From: Bdellovibrionales bacterium
Lineage (GTDB): Archaea; Nanobdellota; Nanobdellia; Woesearchaeales; UBA583
Length of the DNA: 64,000 nt
Reading direction: 5' to 3'
Assembly: GCA_964217375.1 (NCBI GenBank)
Contig: CAXPJQ010000059.1
Span: 11,208 to 75,207 of the forward strand
Shown here: positions 28,291-36,636 of the stretch, one piece after another
How the letters are laid out: the number at the start of each line of letters is the position of its first letter
Position numbering within the stretch: position 1 is the stretch's first letter
Notes under the pieces: model-generated
What the model was told of the DNA's origin: nothing
Databases searched by the model: none
The model's input: only the letters and a program-made list of their open reading frames with translations
Translations under genes and position numbers: made by a program

Positions 28291-30117
28291 TTATAAATAA
28301 ACTTCTTCAACTTTAAAGAGTTTTTTAACTGCTTTTAATAAAGAATCATCTAAATTAAGGGCTGAGAATTTTGAAGTATCCACATAGTTATCTCTAGTTT
28401 TCTCAACTTTTTCAAATGAAGTTTTTTTCATCTCATAACAATCTCCACTTGATACATCAATTAAAACTCTAACTCCATCATAATTAAAAACTTCACAAGT
28501 TTTATTTTCTGAATGTGTTAATGTTAATTTTCTTCTATTTAATTCTGATAAAATGCTTTTATCCCTAAAATCTTTAATTTCAGCTAAAACATTTCTTACA
28601 TCTTTTAATACTTTATTTACTTCAGTTGTTGTAATTTTTCCTGAATCAAAATCTTTTTTCCCTTTAATAATTGAGGCAAGAGATTTTTTCACAAAAGGTT
28701 GTAATTTTCCTGAATTAACAAAATCACTCTCAAATTGAGTCATAATTTTTTTCTCGGAAATTTCCCCTAACCCTGGTAATGTTCTTAATTGTGTTAATAA
28801 CTCCCCATATGCTGAAATTACTGACTCTTTAGTTTTATCCTCAGTTACTTCCTCAAACATTTTTTTCATATTTTTTAAGAAAGAATCTGCATTTTTAAGC
28901 ATTTTATCAACATCTCCTCCTTTAACTTCAGTTTCTCTATCATGTTCAATTTTTTTAAACATTGCAACTGTATCCTCAAGAGTTTTAACATCTTTTGCTG
29001 AAACACATTTTTCTTTCTCAAGTAAAACCTCTTTAAAAATTTTAACTGTCTCTTTAGGAGTTGTAGGGTTAAATCCTTTAAGCATTAAAATTGCTTGAGC
29101 TGGGTTTAATACTGCATAATACACATCATTCATTACAATTTCAGATAACTGTTTTTTAGCTCTATCAGTTAATTGATGTGCAACATTCATATGCATATCA
29201 ATTGCCTCTGGTGATGGTCTAATTTTCCCTAACTTTAACAATTCTTTCCAAGAATTATATAATCCTCTATCATAAAATGGAACTCCATCTCTTAAGAAAG
29301 TAAACATAACTGGATGTGCATCTTTTAGAGCATCCCAGAAATCAGTTAATAAATATACTTGAGTATGTACATTAATTCCTGTAAGTTGTGCAACTTCTTG
29401 AGCCATTTGCCAAATAATTCTAGTTAATTGTTCTTTAACTTGCATCCTAGGCATTCTCTTAACATCAGTATCATCAACCACAACAAAAACATCAAAATCA
29501 TTTGATTTCTCTCCTCTAAGCCAAGATCCAGCTCCTGCGTAAACTACAACATACTTCTCAAATTTTTGTAAAAGCATATTTCTATGAATATCAATTGATT
29601 TTAAAGCTGAAATAAATCCTCTTGGGTCTTCAAATACAAATGATGAACCAAGAGATTTTAAGTCATCATATACTGAATCAAAACAGTTCTCTCTTAAAAT
29701 TGAAATTGATGATCCAACAAATTTAATTTCTTTATTATCTTTAAAATGATATTGAGCATATTCTTGTCCATATTCATCTTTTTTCTTCTCTTCAATTAAA
29801 AAATTTTCAAATTCTTCTTGAAGTAATAACTTAGGGTCAAATACTGGAATTGGTTTATCAAAGTCATCAAGTAAAAAATTAAATGTCAATTTATCAAAAT
29901 TAGGTATAGCTTGGTTATTTTTAACTTCAATACTTGGGTTAATGTAAAATCCCATGGATTTACCCATTGCCTTTTTATTTACAATATCTGCAAATTTTCT
30001 AAAAAAATCTTTATGTTTTTCAAGTTTTGATTTAATATCTTGAGGTAATCTTGCAATTTCTTTCTCAAAAATTGAGATTTCCTCTTTTTTCTCTACTTTT
30101 TTCTCAGTCTGAGCCAT
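28291..30117 (-). CDS. pol-beta-superfamily nucleotidyltransferase-domain protein of unknown function (608 aa)
   Basis: Central 'VVVYAGAGSWLRGEKSNDFDVFVVVDD', matching G[GS]x9-13 D-x-D, with a later acidic 'LLTDFWDAL'. Long helical N- and C-terminal regions without recognisable motifs. Confidence 0.4.
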   Translation of the reverse strand: MAQTEKKVEKKEEISIFEKEIARLPQDIKSKLEKHKDFFRKFADIVNKKAMGKSMGFYINPSIEVKNNQAIPNFDKLTFNFLLDDFDKPIPVFDPKLLLQEEFENFLIEEKKKDEYGQEYAQYHFKDNKEIKFVGSSISILRENCFDSVYDDLKSLGSSFVFEDPRGFISALKSIDIHRNMLLQKFEKYVVVYAGAGSWLRGEKSNDFDVFVVVDDTDVKRMPRMQVKEQLTRIIWQMAQEVAQLTGINVHTQVYLLTDFWDALKDAHPVMFTFLRDGVPFYDRGLYNSWKELLKLGKIRPSPEAIDMHMNVAHQLTDRAKKQLSEIVMNDVYYAVLNPAQAILMLKGFNPTTPKETVKIFKEVLLEKEKCVSAKDVKTLEDTVAMFKKIEHDRETEVKGGDVDKMLKNADSFLKNMKKMFEEVTEDKTKESVISAYGELLTQLRTLPGLGEISEKKIMTQFESDFVNSGKLQPFVKKSLASIIKGKKDFDSGKITTTEVNKVLKDVRNVLAEIKDFRDKSILSELNRRKLTLTHSENKTCEVFNYDGVRVLIDVSSGDCYEMKKTSFEKVEKTRDNYVDTSKFSALNLDDSLLKAVKKLFKVEEVYL

Positions 30118-30179
30118 ACCATTATAACTTAAATAATACTTTATAAGTTTTACTTTAATTTGTCAAGTTAAAAAAATAT

Positions 30180-31019
30180 TTATCCATAAGCCTCGTATTT
30201 TTTTAAACCTATTTTCCAATTAAAATAAATTAAAATATTTAAAATTAAAATAATTAAAAAAAATATTAAAAATAAATCCAAATAAAAAAAATAATCTATA
30301 TTAATATCATTTAATAAGGGAATTATTAATTTTCCAATAATATATGCAGGAAATAAAAAAAATAAATTAACTAATTTAAATTTATTAAAAAAAGGTGCAG
30401 GATATAAAACAAAAAGTGAGTTAGTCCTATATAATAGATTAGTTAAATTTTTTTCAAAATTTTTATAAAAAAAAGCAATTGAATAAATTAAATTATACAA
30501 AGAAAAATAAATTAAAATACAAAACAAAAAAAGAATTAGCAAGAAAATACAATTTAATAAATTCATCTGAAAACTCATAATTAAAATTATTAAAATTGGA
30601 ACATTAACAATTACATATGTTAATGAGGATGGAGATAAATCTGAAAAATGATATTTAAATAATAATTCTCCAGGTCTTACTAATAAATTATTTAGTTCTC
30701 CTTTTAAAATTATTTCAGTAAGAAAATCACTCTTCCATGCAAAAATTCCTGCAGTTGTCCTTAGAGTATCTTCAATTAAAATAAATGTAAAAATTAAAAC
30801 TGAACTCCAAGTAATAATTTCATCAAAATTTTGATTTAAAACTAAAACGAAAATAAAAAAAGTTGAAAGGTAAAAAATTTGTTCAAAAAAAGCTGAATAA
30901 AAATTTGATTTATACTCAATTAATCTCTTTAACATAATCTTAACATTCTCAAAAATATAATTAATATAAAAATTCATTTTTATCCAAAAGCCTCGTATTT
31001 TTTTAGGCCAATTTTCCAA
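30180..31019 (-). CDS. ABC-2/DUF990-like polytopic permease paralog 1 of the tandem array (probable true start at the Met of 'MNFYINYIF', about 30977)
   Basis: About 265 aa and polytopic. Family motifs 'G.LN..L.KP.NPF' (here 'GELNNLLVRPGELLF') and C-terminal 'FNWKIGLKKYEAYG*'. The annotated N-terminus 'MENWPKKIRGFWIKM' is the preceding paralog's 3' end read in another frame. Confidence 0.6.
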   Translation of the reverse strand: MENWPKKIRGFWIKMNFYINYIFENVKIMLKRLIEYKSNFYSAFFEQIFYLSTFFIFVLVLNQNFDEIITWSSVLIFTFILIEDTLRTTAGIFAWKSDFLTEIILKGELNNLLVRPGELLFKYHFSDLSPSSLTYVIVNVPILIILIMSFQMNLLNCIFLLILFLFCILIYFSLYNLIYSIAFFYKNFEKNLTNLLYRTNSLFVLYPAPFFNKFKLVNLFFLFPAYIIGKLIIPLLNDINIDYFFYLDLFLIFFLIILILNILIYFNWKIGLKKYEAYG

Positions 31020-31813
31020 TTAAATAAAAATAGTATTAAGTAAATAAAAATTGCCATAAACAAATAAAAAAATAAATCAAATCTTGATATATTTAAATTA
31101 TTTGGAAATAAAAATAAAACTAAAATTGAGTGGAAAAAAATAAATAAAAGAAATTTAAATTTAATCAACTTAAAAAAATTAATCGGATAATTTGATAAAA
31201 TTCCACTAACTGGATAAAATATTTTTAAAATCTCAAAATCTAATTTTTTATAATAAAAACCTAAAGTTTCAATTAATTGATGAAAAAGAAATTGATAAAC
31301 AATTAATATTAATACTAATAAAAACCAAACTAAAAGATTAATCTCTCTTTCATTAAAAAAAATTAATAAAACAAATAATTCAAATAAAGAAAATAAAAAA
31401 TAAATCAATGCAGAAGAAGATAAATTATGAAAATAATATTTTAACTTTATATTAAGAGGCATTACTAAATGATTATTAAATTGAGAATTAATAATTGAAT
31501 AAGAAATTGATTTTCCCCAGATAAAAAAACCAATGAATTGATAAATAATTTTAATTAAAACCTGATAAATAAGAAAATCAACAAAACTCCAACCTATCAC
31601 ATCTCCAAAATTTTTAGCAACAATGAAACTTACAAAATAAGAAATTATAACATAAATTATTTGTATTAAAAACACAGAGTATAAGTTTGCTCTATACTCT
31701 TTCATTGTTTGAAACATCAAAAATAAGTTTACTTTAAACAAATCAAAATATCTTGAATTAAACTCTTTCATTTTTATCCAAAAGCCTCGTATTTTTTTAG
31801 GCCAATTTTCCAA
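30980..31813 (-). CDS. ABC-2/DUF990-like permease paralog 2 (probable start at 'MKEFNSRYF', about 31771)
   Basis: Ends 'FNWKIGLKKYEAFG*' and has the internal 'NNHLVMPLNIKLKYYF' block. Its stop and the next gene's ATG are 2 nt apart. Confidence 0.6.
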   Translation of the reverse strand: MENWPKKIRGFWIKMKEFNSRYFDLFKVNLFLMFQTMKEYRANLYSVFLIQIIYVIISYFVSFIVAKNFGDVIGWSFVDFLIYQVLIKIIYQFIGFFIWGKSISYSIINSQFNNHLVMPLNIKLKYYFHNLSSSALIYFLFSLFELFVLLIFFNEREINLLVWFLLVLILIVYQFLFHQLIETLGFYYKKLDFEILKIFYPVSGILSNYPINFFKLIKFKFLLFIFFHSILVLFLFPNNLNISRFDLFFYLFMAIFIYLILFLFNWKIGLKKYEAFG

Positions 31814-32583
31814 TTAAATATTAATATAATTAACAAAACTAAATTTATTAAAAAAAATATGTGTATTGAATTAATAATGTTTAAATAATTATTATCAAAT
31901 AAAGGAATTAAAAAATAACCTATTGAAAATAATGGAAAGAAAATAAAAATTTTATGTAAAAAAAAATTTGAGAATAAAGGTGCAGGTAAATATTTAAAAT
32001 TAATATCGGTAAAAACTAATTTAGATCTAATATTATTGATTGATTTTTTAAATTTAAATCCAAAAGAATCAATAAAATGATAAAATATTAAGTATTGGAT
32101 AAAAAATAAAAAAATAAGTAAAAAAAATATAATTAAAGATAAAAAGGTAATATTAGTTTTAAACATAAAATAAATTATAAATGGAATATAAATCAAATTA
32201 ATAATAACTGTATTAAATGAATGTGAAAAAATATAGTTAAAAAAAGGATTTACAGGTTTTGTAAGTAAAATATTTAATTTCCCTGTTACAATATACTCAG
32301 CAAGAGATCTTCCAAAAAAAGTAACTCCTGCTACATTATTAAGAAAAGTCCCAATTAGATATAATAATAAAAAATCAATATAACTCCAATCAATTAATAA
32401 AGAAAAATTTTGAATTGAAATTGTTGCAGTTGCTAAAACAAAAAACAAGTCTGAAATTTCTCCTAAAATTAAAGCATAAAAAGTTGGTTTATATTCTAAA
32501 AGAGATTTTATTGAAATTTTAAAATTAGTTAAAAATATTTCAAAATATTTTTTAAAAATACCCCTAGTTTTTAAATATGCCAT
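31774..32583 (-). CDS. ABC-2/DUF990-like permease paralog 3
   Basis: N-terminal 'SLLEYKPTFYAL', 'GKLNILLTKPVNPFFNY', and C-terminal 'FNWKIGLKKYEAFG*'. Confidence 0.6.
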   Translation of the reverse strand: MAYLKTRGIFKKYFEIFLTNFKISIKSLLEYKPTFYALILGEISDLFFVLATATISIQNFSLLIDWSYIDFLLLYLIGTFLNNVAGVTFFGRSLAEYIVTGKLNILLTKPVNPFFNYIFSHSFNTVIINLIYIPFIIYFMFKTNITFLSLIIFFLLIFLFFIQYLIFYHFIDSFGFKFKKSINNIRSKLVFTDINFKYLPAPLFSNFFLHKIFIFFPLFSIGYFLIPLFDNNYLNIINSIHIFFLINLVLLIILIFNWKIGLKKYEAFG

Positions 32584-32585
32584 TT

Positions 32586-33383
32586 TTATCCAAAAGCCTC
32601 ATACTTTTTTAAGCCATAATGCCACTCAATTAATAATATAATAAAACAAATTAATCCAAAAAATAAAAAATTAGGTAAATATACAAATACTTCAGTTGTT
32701 CTTCCTTTAAGAATTTCTATGAAGAAGTAATCAATAAAAGCAACTGGAAATAAATAAACTAACTCAACTATTTTTGTATTCTCAAAAAATTTAGGAGTAT
32801 AAGTTTCAACAGTAGAATTTAAATTTCTATAATATATTTCAAAAAGGTAATTAACTAACCCTTTTGTAAAAAAAGCCATACTAAATATTACATTTAAAAA
32901 TAAAACTTGAATTAAAAAACCTATTAATACTATTAAAAAAGCAAATAAAAAATTGCTATAGTCTTGACTTATAAAAATTAAAGATAATGTAATTATAAAT
33001 AAAATAAATGTAAAAGGTATAAATGAACCTCTAATCTCGTGTAAAACTAAAAAAAAAAATGGATTAACTGGTTTTGATAAAATTGTATTTAACTTACCTC
33101 TCTTTAAAATAAATACTAACATTCTAACCCAAAAAAATCTTAAAAATAGTGAAGAAAAAAACCCCATAAAAAAAAATAAAATGAAATCATAAAAATTCCA
33201 ATCTAAAATTCCATTACTCAAGTCATTAAAAAAATAATAAAAAAATAAATATGTTATAGTTAAAGAAACATTTACTAAAAAGCCCATAAAAAAATCAATT
33301 TTATATTCTTTTAATTGTTTCAAAGCTAAGATAAATTGAATTTTATAAACTGAAAAAATATTGGTTTTCATTTTTTTATCCAT
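32586..33383 (-). CDS. ABC-2/DUF990-like permease paralog 4 (probable start at 'MKTNIFS', about 33371)
   Basis: 'LKEYKIDFF', 'RGKLNTILSKPVNPFFF', and C-terminal 'EWHYGLKKYEAFG*'. Confidence 0.6.
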   Translation of the reverse strand: MDKKMKTNIFSVYKIQFILALKQLKEYKIDFFMGFLVNVSLTITYLFFYYFFNDLSNGILDWNFYDFILFFFMGFFSSLFLRFFWVRMLVFILKRGKLNTILSKPVNPFFFLVLHEIRGSFIPFTFILFIITLSLIFISQDYSNFLFAFLIVLIGFLIQVLFLNVIFSMAFFTKGLVNYLFEIYYRNLNSTVETYTPKFFENTKIVELVYLFPVAFIDYFFIEILKGRTTEVFVYLPNFLFFGLICFIILLIEWHYGLKKYEAFG

Positions 33384-34183
33384 AAGCCTCGTATTTTTTT
33401 AATCCGTAATGCCAAAGTAAATATGTTCCAAGTATAAAAAAATAAGAATGTGAATAATATTCCAAAAAAATAATAATAAAACTCCAAAAAATTATTTTTT
33501 AAAATCTCAATATAAAAGTATCCAATTAAAGCATTAGGTAGTAAATATAAAAACCAAAGAATTGAATCTCTAAATACTCTTGGTGTGAATTGCTCATTTA
33601 AATAATGTAGTTGATTTGAAACACTCACAATAAATGAAATATCTTTAATGAAAAATGCAAATGATTGAAAAAAAGAGATAAAAAATACATAATAAATCAA
33701 ACCAAAAAATAAAATTAAAAATGAAAATAGATAATTTGAGTATTCTCCAAAAAAAAGTAATATTAAAAGTATTGGGATAAAAATAAAAGTAGTATAAATT
33801 GCTGAATCTTTATCTCTAAGAGATAAAGCTAAAAATGGATTAATTGGTTTTGAAATCCATATATTTAAGTCTCCATTTAATAGCTTTAAATTAAAATATC
33901 TTAACCTAAACCAATAAGTTGCTTTTGTAATTAATGAAATACTCACATAAAATAAAATAAAATCATAATAACTCCAAGATAAAAATTCTTTTGAAATATC
34001 TTGAAAGATATTATAAAAAAGCAAATATACTAAGGTTAAAATTATATCAAAATAAAATACTGAAAAAAAATTAGCAGGATACTCTTTTATCTGTTTAAAA
34101 GCTTGAGAATAAATTTCTTTCATAAAGTTAATATGTTTTCTAAATGTATTTATTTTATTAATCTCTTTCATTTTTTTATCCAT
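33368..34183 (-). CDS. ABC-2/DUF990-like permease paralog 5, 3'-terminally frameshifted relative to the family
   Basis: 'IKEYPANFF' and 'GDLNIWISKPINPFLAL' are present, but the ORF ends '…TWNIFTLALRIKKIRGLWIKK*'. The family C-terminus 'LLWHYGLKKYEAYG*' is encoded in the adjacent reading frame of the same DNA at 33376..33420. The nearest paralog is 39605..40381. Confidence 0.5.
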   Translation of the reverse strand: MDKKMKEINKINTFRKHINFMKEIYSQAFKQIKEYPANFFSVFYFDIILTLVYLLFYNIFQDISKEFLSWSYYDFILFYVSISLITKATYWFRLRYFNLKLLNGDLNIWISKPINPFLALSLRDKDSAIYTTFIFIPILLILLFFGEYSNYLFSFLILFFGLIYYVFFISFFQSFAFFIKDISFIVSVSNQLHYLNEQFTPRVFRDSILWFLYLLPNALIGYFYIEILKNNFLEFYYYFFGILFTFLFFYTWNIFTLALRIKKIRGLWIKK

Positions 34184-34988
34184 AAGCCTCGTATTTTTTT
34201 AATCCATAATACCAAAGTAAATATGTTCCTAAAATAAAGAAAATAAAACTTGAAAGTATTACTTCAAAATACTTAAAAAATAAATAATTTCCTTTCAAAA
34301 TATTAACTAGAATAAAACTTCCCAAAGCAGAAGGGAAAATATAAATAAATTTCAAAAATAAATTATCCCTAAATGAATTTGGAGTGAATTCTTTTATTCT
34401 ATTATTTATCTTACTAGAAATATCAACTAAAAAAAAATTATTTTTAATAAAAAAAGCAGTTGAAATAAAAAAAGTTACAAATATTATTTGATAAATTGCA
34501 GAAAAAATAAAGTAAAATAAAAAGATAAAATTAAATTGATAAAAATAGAAAAGTAAAAATAGAAAAGATAAAAAAACTAAAGATGAAACAACTAAAACTG
34601 CTCCATTAAATCTAGTTGAAAAATAAAAAAATGGATTAATTGGTTTTGATAAAACAATATTTAATTTACCTTCTAATAAATCCCTATTTAATCTCTTAAC
34701 TGAAAAAACTATTACAAATTTTCCAAGTAATAATAAAATAAAAATAAACATTAAATAATCTACTTCATTCCAATTTGAAATTGAAGAAATTAAAGGAAAA
34801 AAAGCTAAATAAAAAGAAATCATAACTAAAATATAAACTAAATTAATTAGTAAAGCAGACCATAAATTAGCTTTATACTCTTTATTTTGTTTTAAAGCAA
34901 CACTAAAAATCTCAACTAAAACATCAAAATATTTAATGAAAATACTTCTATCTCTAAACTCTTTCATTTTTCTATCCAAAAGCCTCAT
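34176..34988 (-). CDS. ABC-2/DUF990-like permease paralog 6 (probable start at 'MKEFRDRSIF', about 34967)
   Basis: 'NKEYKANLW', 'GKLNIVLSKPINPFFYF', and C-terminal 'WYYGLKKYEAYG*'. Confidence 0.6.
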   Translation of the reverse strand: MRLLDRKMKEFRDRSIFIKYFDVLVEIFSVALKQNKEYKANLWSALLINLVYILVMISFYLAFFPLISSISNWNEVDYLMFIFILLLLGKFVIVFSVKRLNRDLLEGKLNIVLSKPINPFFYFSTRFNGAVLVVSSLVFLSFLFLLFYFYQFNFIFLFYFIFSAIYQIIFVTFFISTAFFIKNNFFLVDISSKINNRIKEFTPNSFRDNLFLKFIYIFPSALGSFILVNILKGNYLFFKYFEVILSSFIFFILGTYLLWYYGLKKYEAYG

Positions 34989-35784
34989 ATTTTTTTAAAC
35001 CATAATGCCAAATTATTTTTTCAAGAAAAATTAAAAAAATTAAAAATAAACCTCCTAAAATATAACTCAAATAAATTAAATCTAGAGAAACTTTTCCAAA
35101 GTAAAAAGAAATAGGTAAAACTCCATAAAGAGAAAAACCTATTATTAAACCAAAGAAAAATAAACTATTTTCAAATAATATTATTGGAAATTGGTGATAT
35201 AATCCGTCAAATCTTCTAAAAAATTTTAAAATTAAATAATTTTCTTTAATAAAAAAAGCAAGAGAATCTAAAACTCTAAATTCAAAAACTAAAATTCCTA
35301 TACCAATTAAGGAAATTAAAAAAGTTAGAATATAACTAGGATTTAAAAAGTTAAAATATAATCCAAAAAATAAAAATAAAATTAAATCAAAAAAGCAATA
35401 AAATAAAGCATAATATGGAAAATAAGTAATTGTACAAAAAAAATTAGTTAAAATTGGTTTAGTTAAATATAAATTTAAATCTCCTAATTTAATAGTATTT
35501 GAAAATTTTTTATACCACAAAAACAACCCAAAACTCATAACTAAAACTTGAGAATGTAAAAACATAAATATAATTTCAAAAATTGTAAAATCAATAAAAG
35601 AAAAATTATTTAATACAACTATTGTTGAAAAAATCATTACTAAATTAAATGTTAAATGGGAAATTGTTCCAGTATAAAACTGAGCCTTATATTGAAGAGC
35701 TTCTTTAATCCCAATACTAAATCTAGTTAAGAAAACATCAAAATATTTACCAATACAATTCCTTTTAACAAATTCTAAACTCAT
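34972..35784 (-). CDS. ABC-2/DUF990-like permease paralog 7
   Basis: 'ALQYKAQFY', 'GDLNLYLTKPILTNFF', and C-terminal 'WHYGLKKYEAFG*'. Confidence 0.6.
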   Translation of the reverse strand: MSLEFVKRNCIGKYFDVFLTRFSIGIKEALQYKAQFYTGTISHLTFNLVMIFSTIVVLNNFSFIDFTIFEIIFMFLHSQVLVMSFGLFLWYKKFSNTIKLGDLNLYLTKPILTNFFCTITYFPYYALFYCFFDLILFLFFGLYFNFLNPSYILTFLISLIGIGILVFEFRVLDSLAFFIKENYLILKFFRRFDGLYHQFPIILFENSLFFFGLIIGFSLYGVLPISFYFGKVSLDLIYLSYILGGLFLIFLIFLEKIIWHYGLKKYEAFG

Positions 35785-35793
35785 AAGAGAGTT

Positions 35794-36633
35794 TTAACCT
35801 CCAAAACTCTCTAATTTTGCAAATCCTTTTTTATATAAATATCTCATAAGTAATGCAAGTAAAATAATCCAGAAAGTGAAAATCCCCATAGCTTTTAATG
35901 CTTCAATTAAAGTTAATTTCCCAAGATATAGTGATGCAAAAGTAAATTCTAAATATAAAAAAGGAGTCCACGCTAAAAAGCTCTGCATCCACATTGGAAA
36001 TAAAGTTAGAGGTAATACCCTTCCTGATAAAATCCATAAAATTTGTTCAATTGATGCTTTAATCCCCCAAATTTCTACAAACCAAAAAGATAACCCTCCA
36101 ATAATTACATACAATACTATATCAAAAATTAACATTAAAAATAAATAAATTACAAATACAATCCAAATTGATCCACTTGGTGTTGGCAAATCAAATAGAT
36201 AAGTCATTACAATTAAAAGAATTGTAAATACAAATAAATTAACTACTTTAGATCCAATTCCATCTGTAAGTAAAGACTTTACAAAATTTACTGGCCTACA
36301 TAAAAAAATTGAAATATCTCCAGATTTAATTGTCTGAGAAATTCTATCTGCAATTTCTGAGGATCTTGCAGTATTTAAAAGTAAACCAATTATTAAATAA
36401 ACCATCATTTCCTGAAAAGTAAATCCTCCAATTGTAAATTCTGAAAGTGATGATACTAAAGCTGTTCCCTCAGCAAGAGCTGTCTCAAATTTTACTTGAT
36501 AAATATAAGACCAAATGTAATAAAAAAACACCCCCATAAATGCAGGTGTTACTAATGCTCCAATTAAATATGACTTATATTCAATTGAAGTTTTAAATCC
36601 AAGTTTAAAATATTCTAAATATTTGTTTGACAT
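35794..36633 (-). CDS. ABC-2/DUF990-like permease, divergent second type (first permease downstream of the nuclease gene)
   Basis: 'SIEYKSYLIGAL', 'GDISIFLCRPVNFVKS', and a divergent C-terminus 'YKKGFAKLESFGG*'. It is less Ile/Phe-biased than the other copies. Confidence 0.55.
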   Translation of the reverse strand: MSNKYLEYFKLGFKTSIEYKSYLIGALVTPAFMGVFFYYIWSYIYQVKFETALAEGTALVSSLSEFTIGGFTFQEMMVYLIIGLLLNTARSSEIADRISQTIKSGDISIFLCRPVNFVKSLLTDGIGSKVVNLFVFTILLIVMTYLFDLPTPSGSIWIVFVIYLFLMLIFDIVLYVIIGGLSFWFVEIWGIKASIEQILWILSGRVLPLTLFPMWMQSFLAWTPFLYLEFTFASLYLGKLTLIEALKAMGIFTFWIILLALLMRYLYKKGFAKLESFGG

Positions 36634-36636
36634 TTT

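Noticed and set aside
30977-31019. Recurrent N-terminal extension 'MENWPKKIRGFWIKM' or 'MDKKMK…' on several permease ORFs, which looks like a conserved leader peptide
   Set aside because: It is the +1-frame reading of the preceding paralog's conserved 3' codons, since '…AATTGGAAAATTGGCCTAAAAAAATACGAGGCTTTTGGATAAAAATG' encodes both. The true starts are the internal Met 2-4 nt after the upstream stop.
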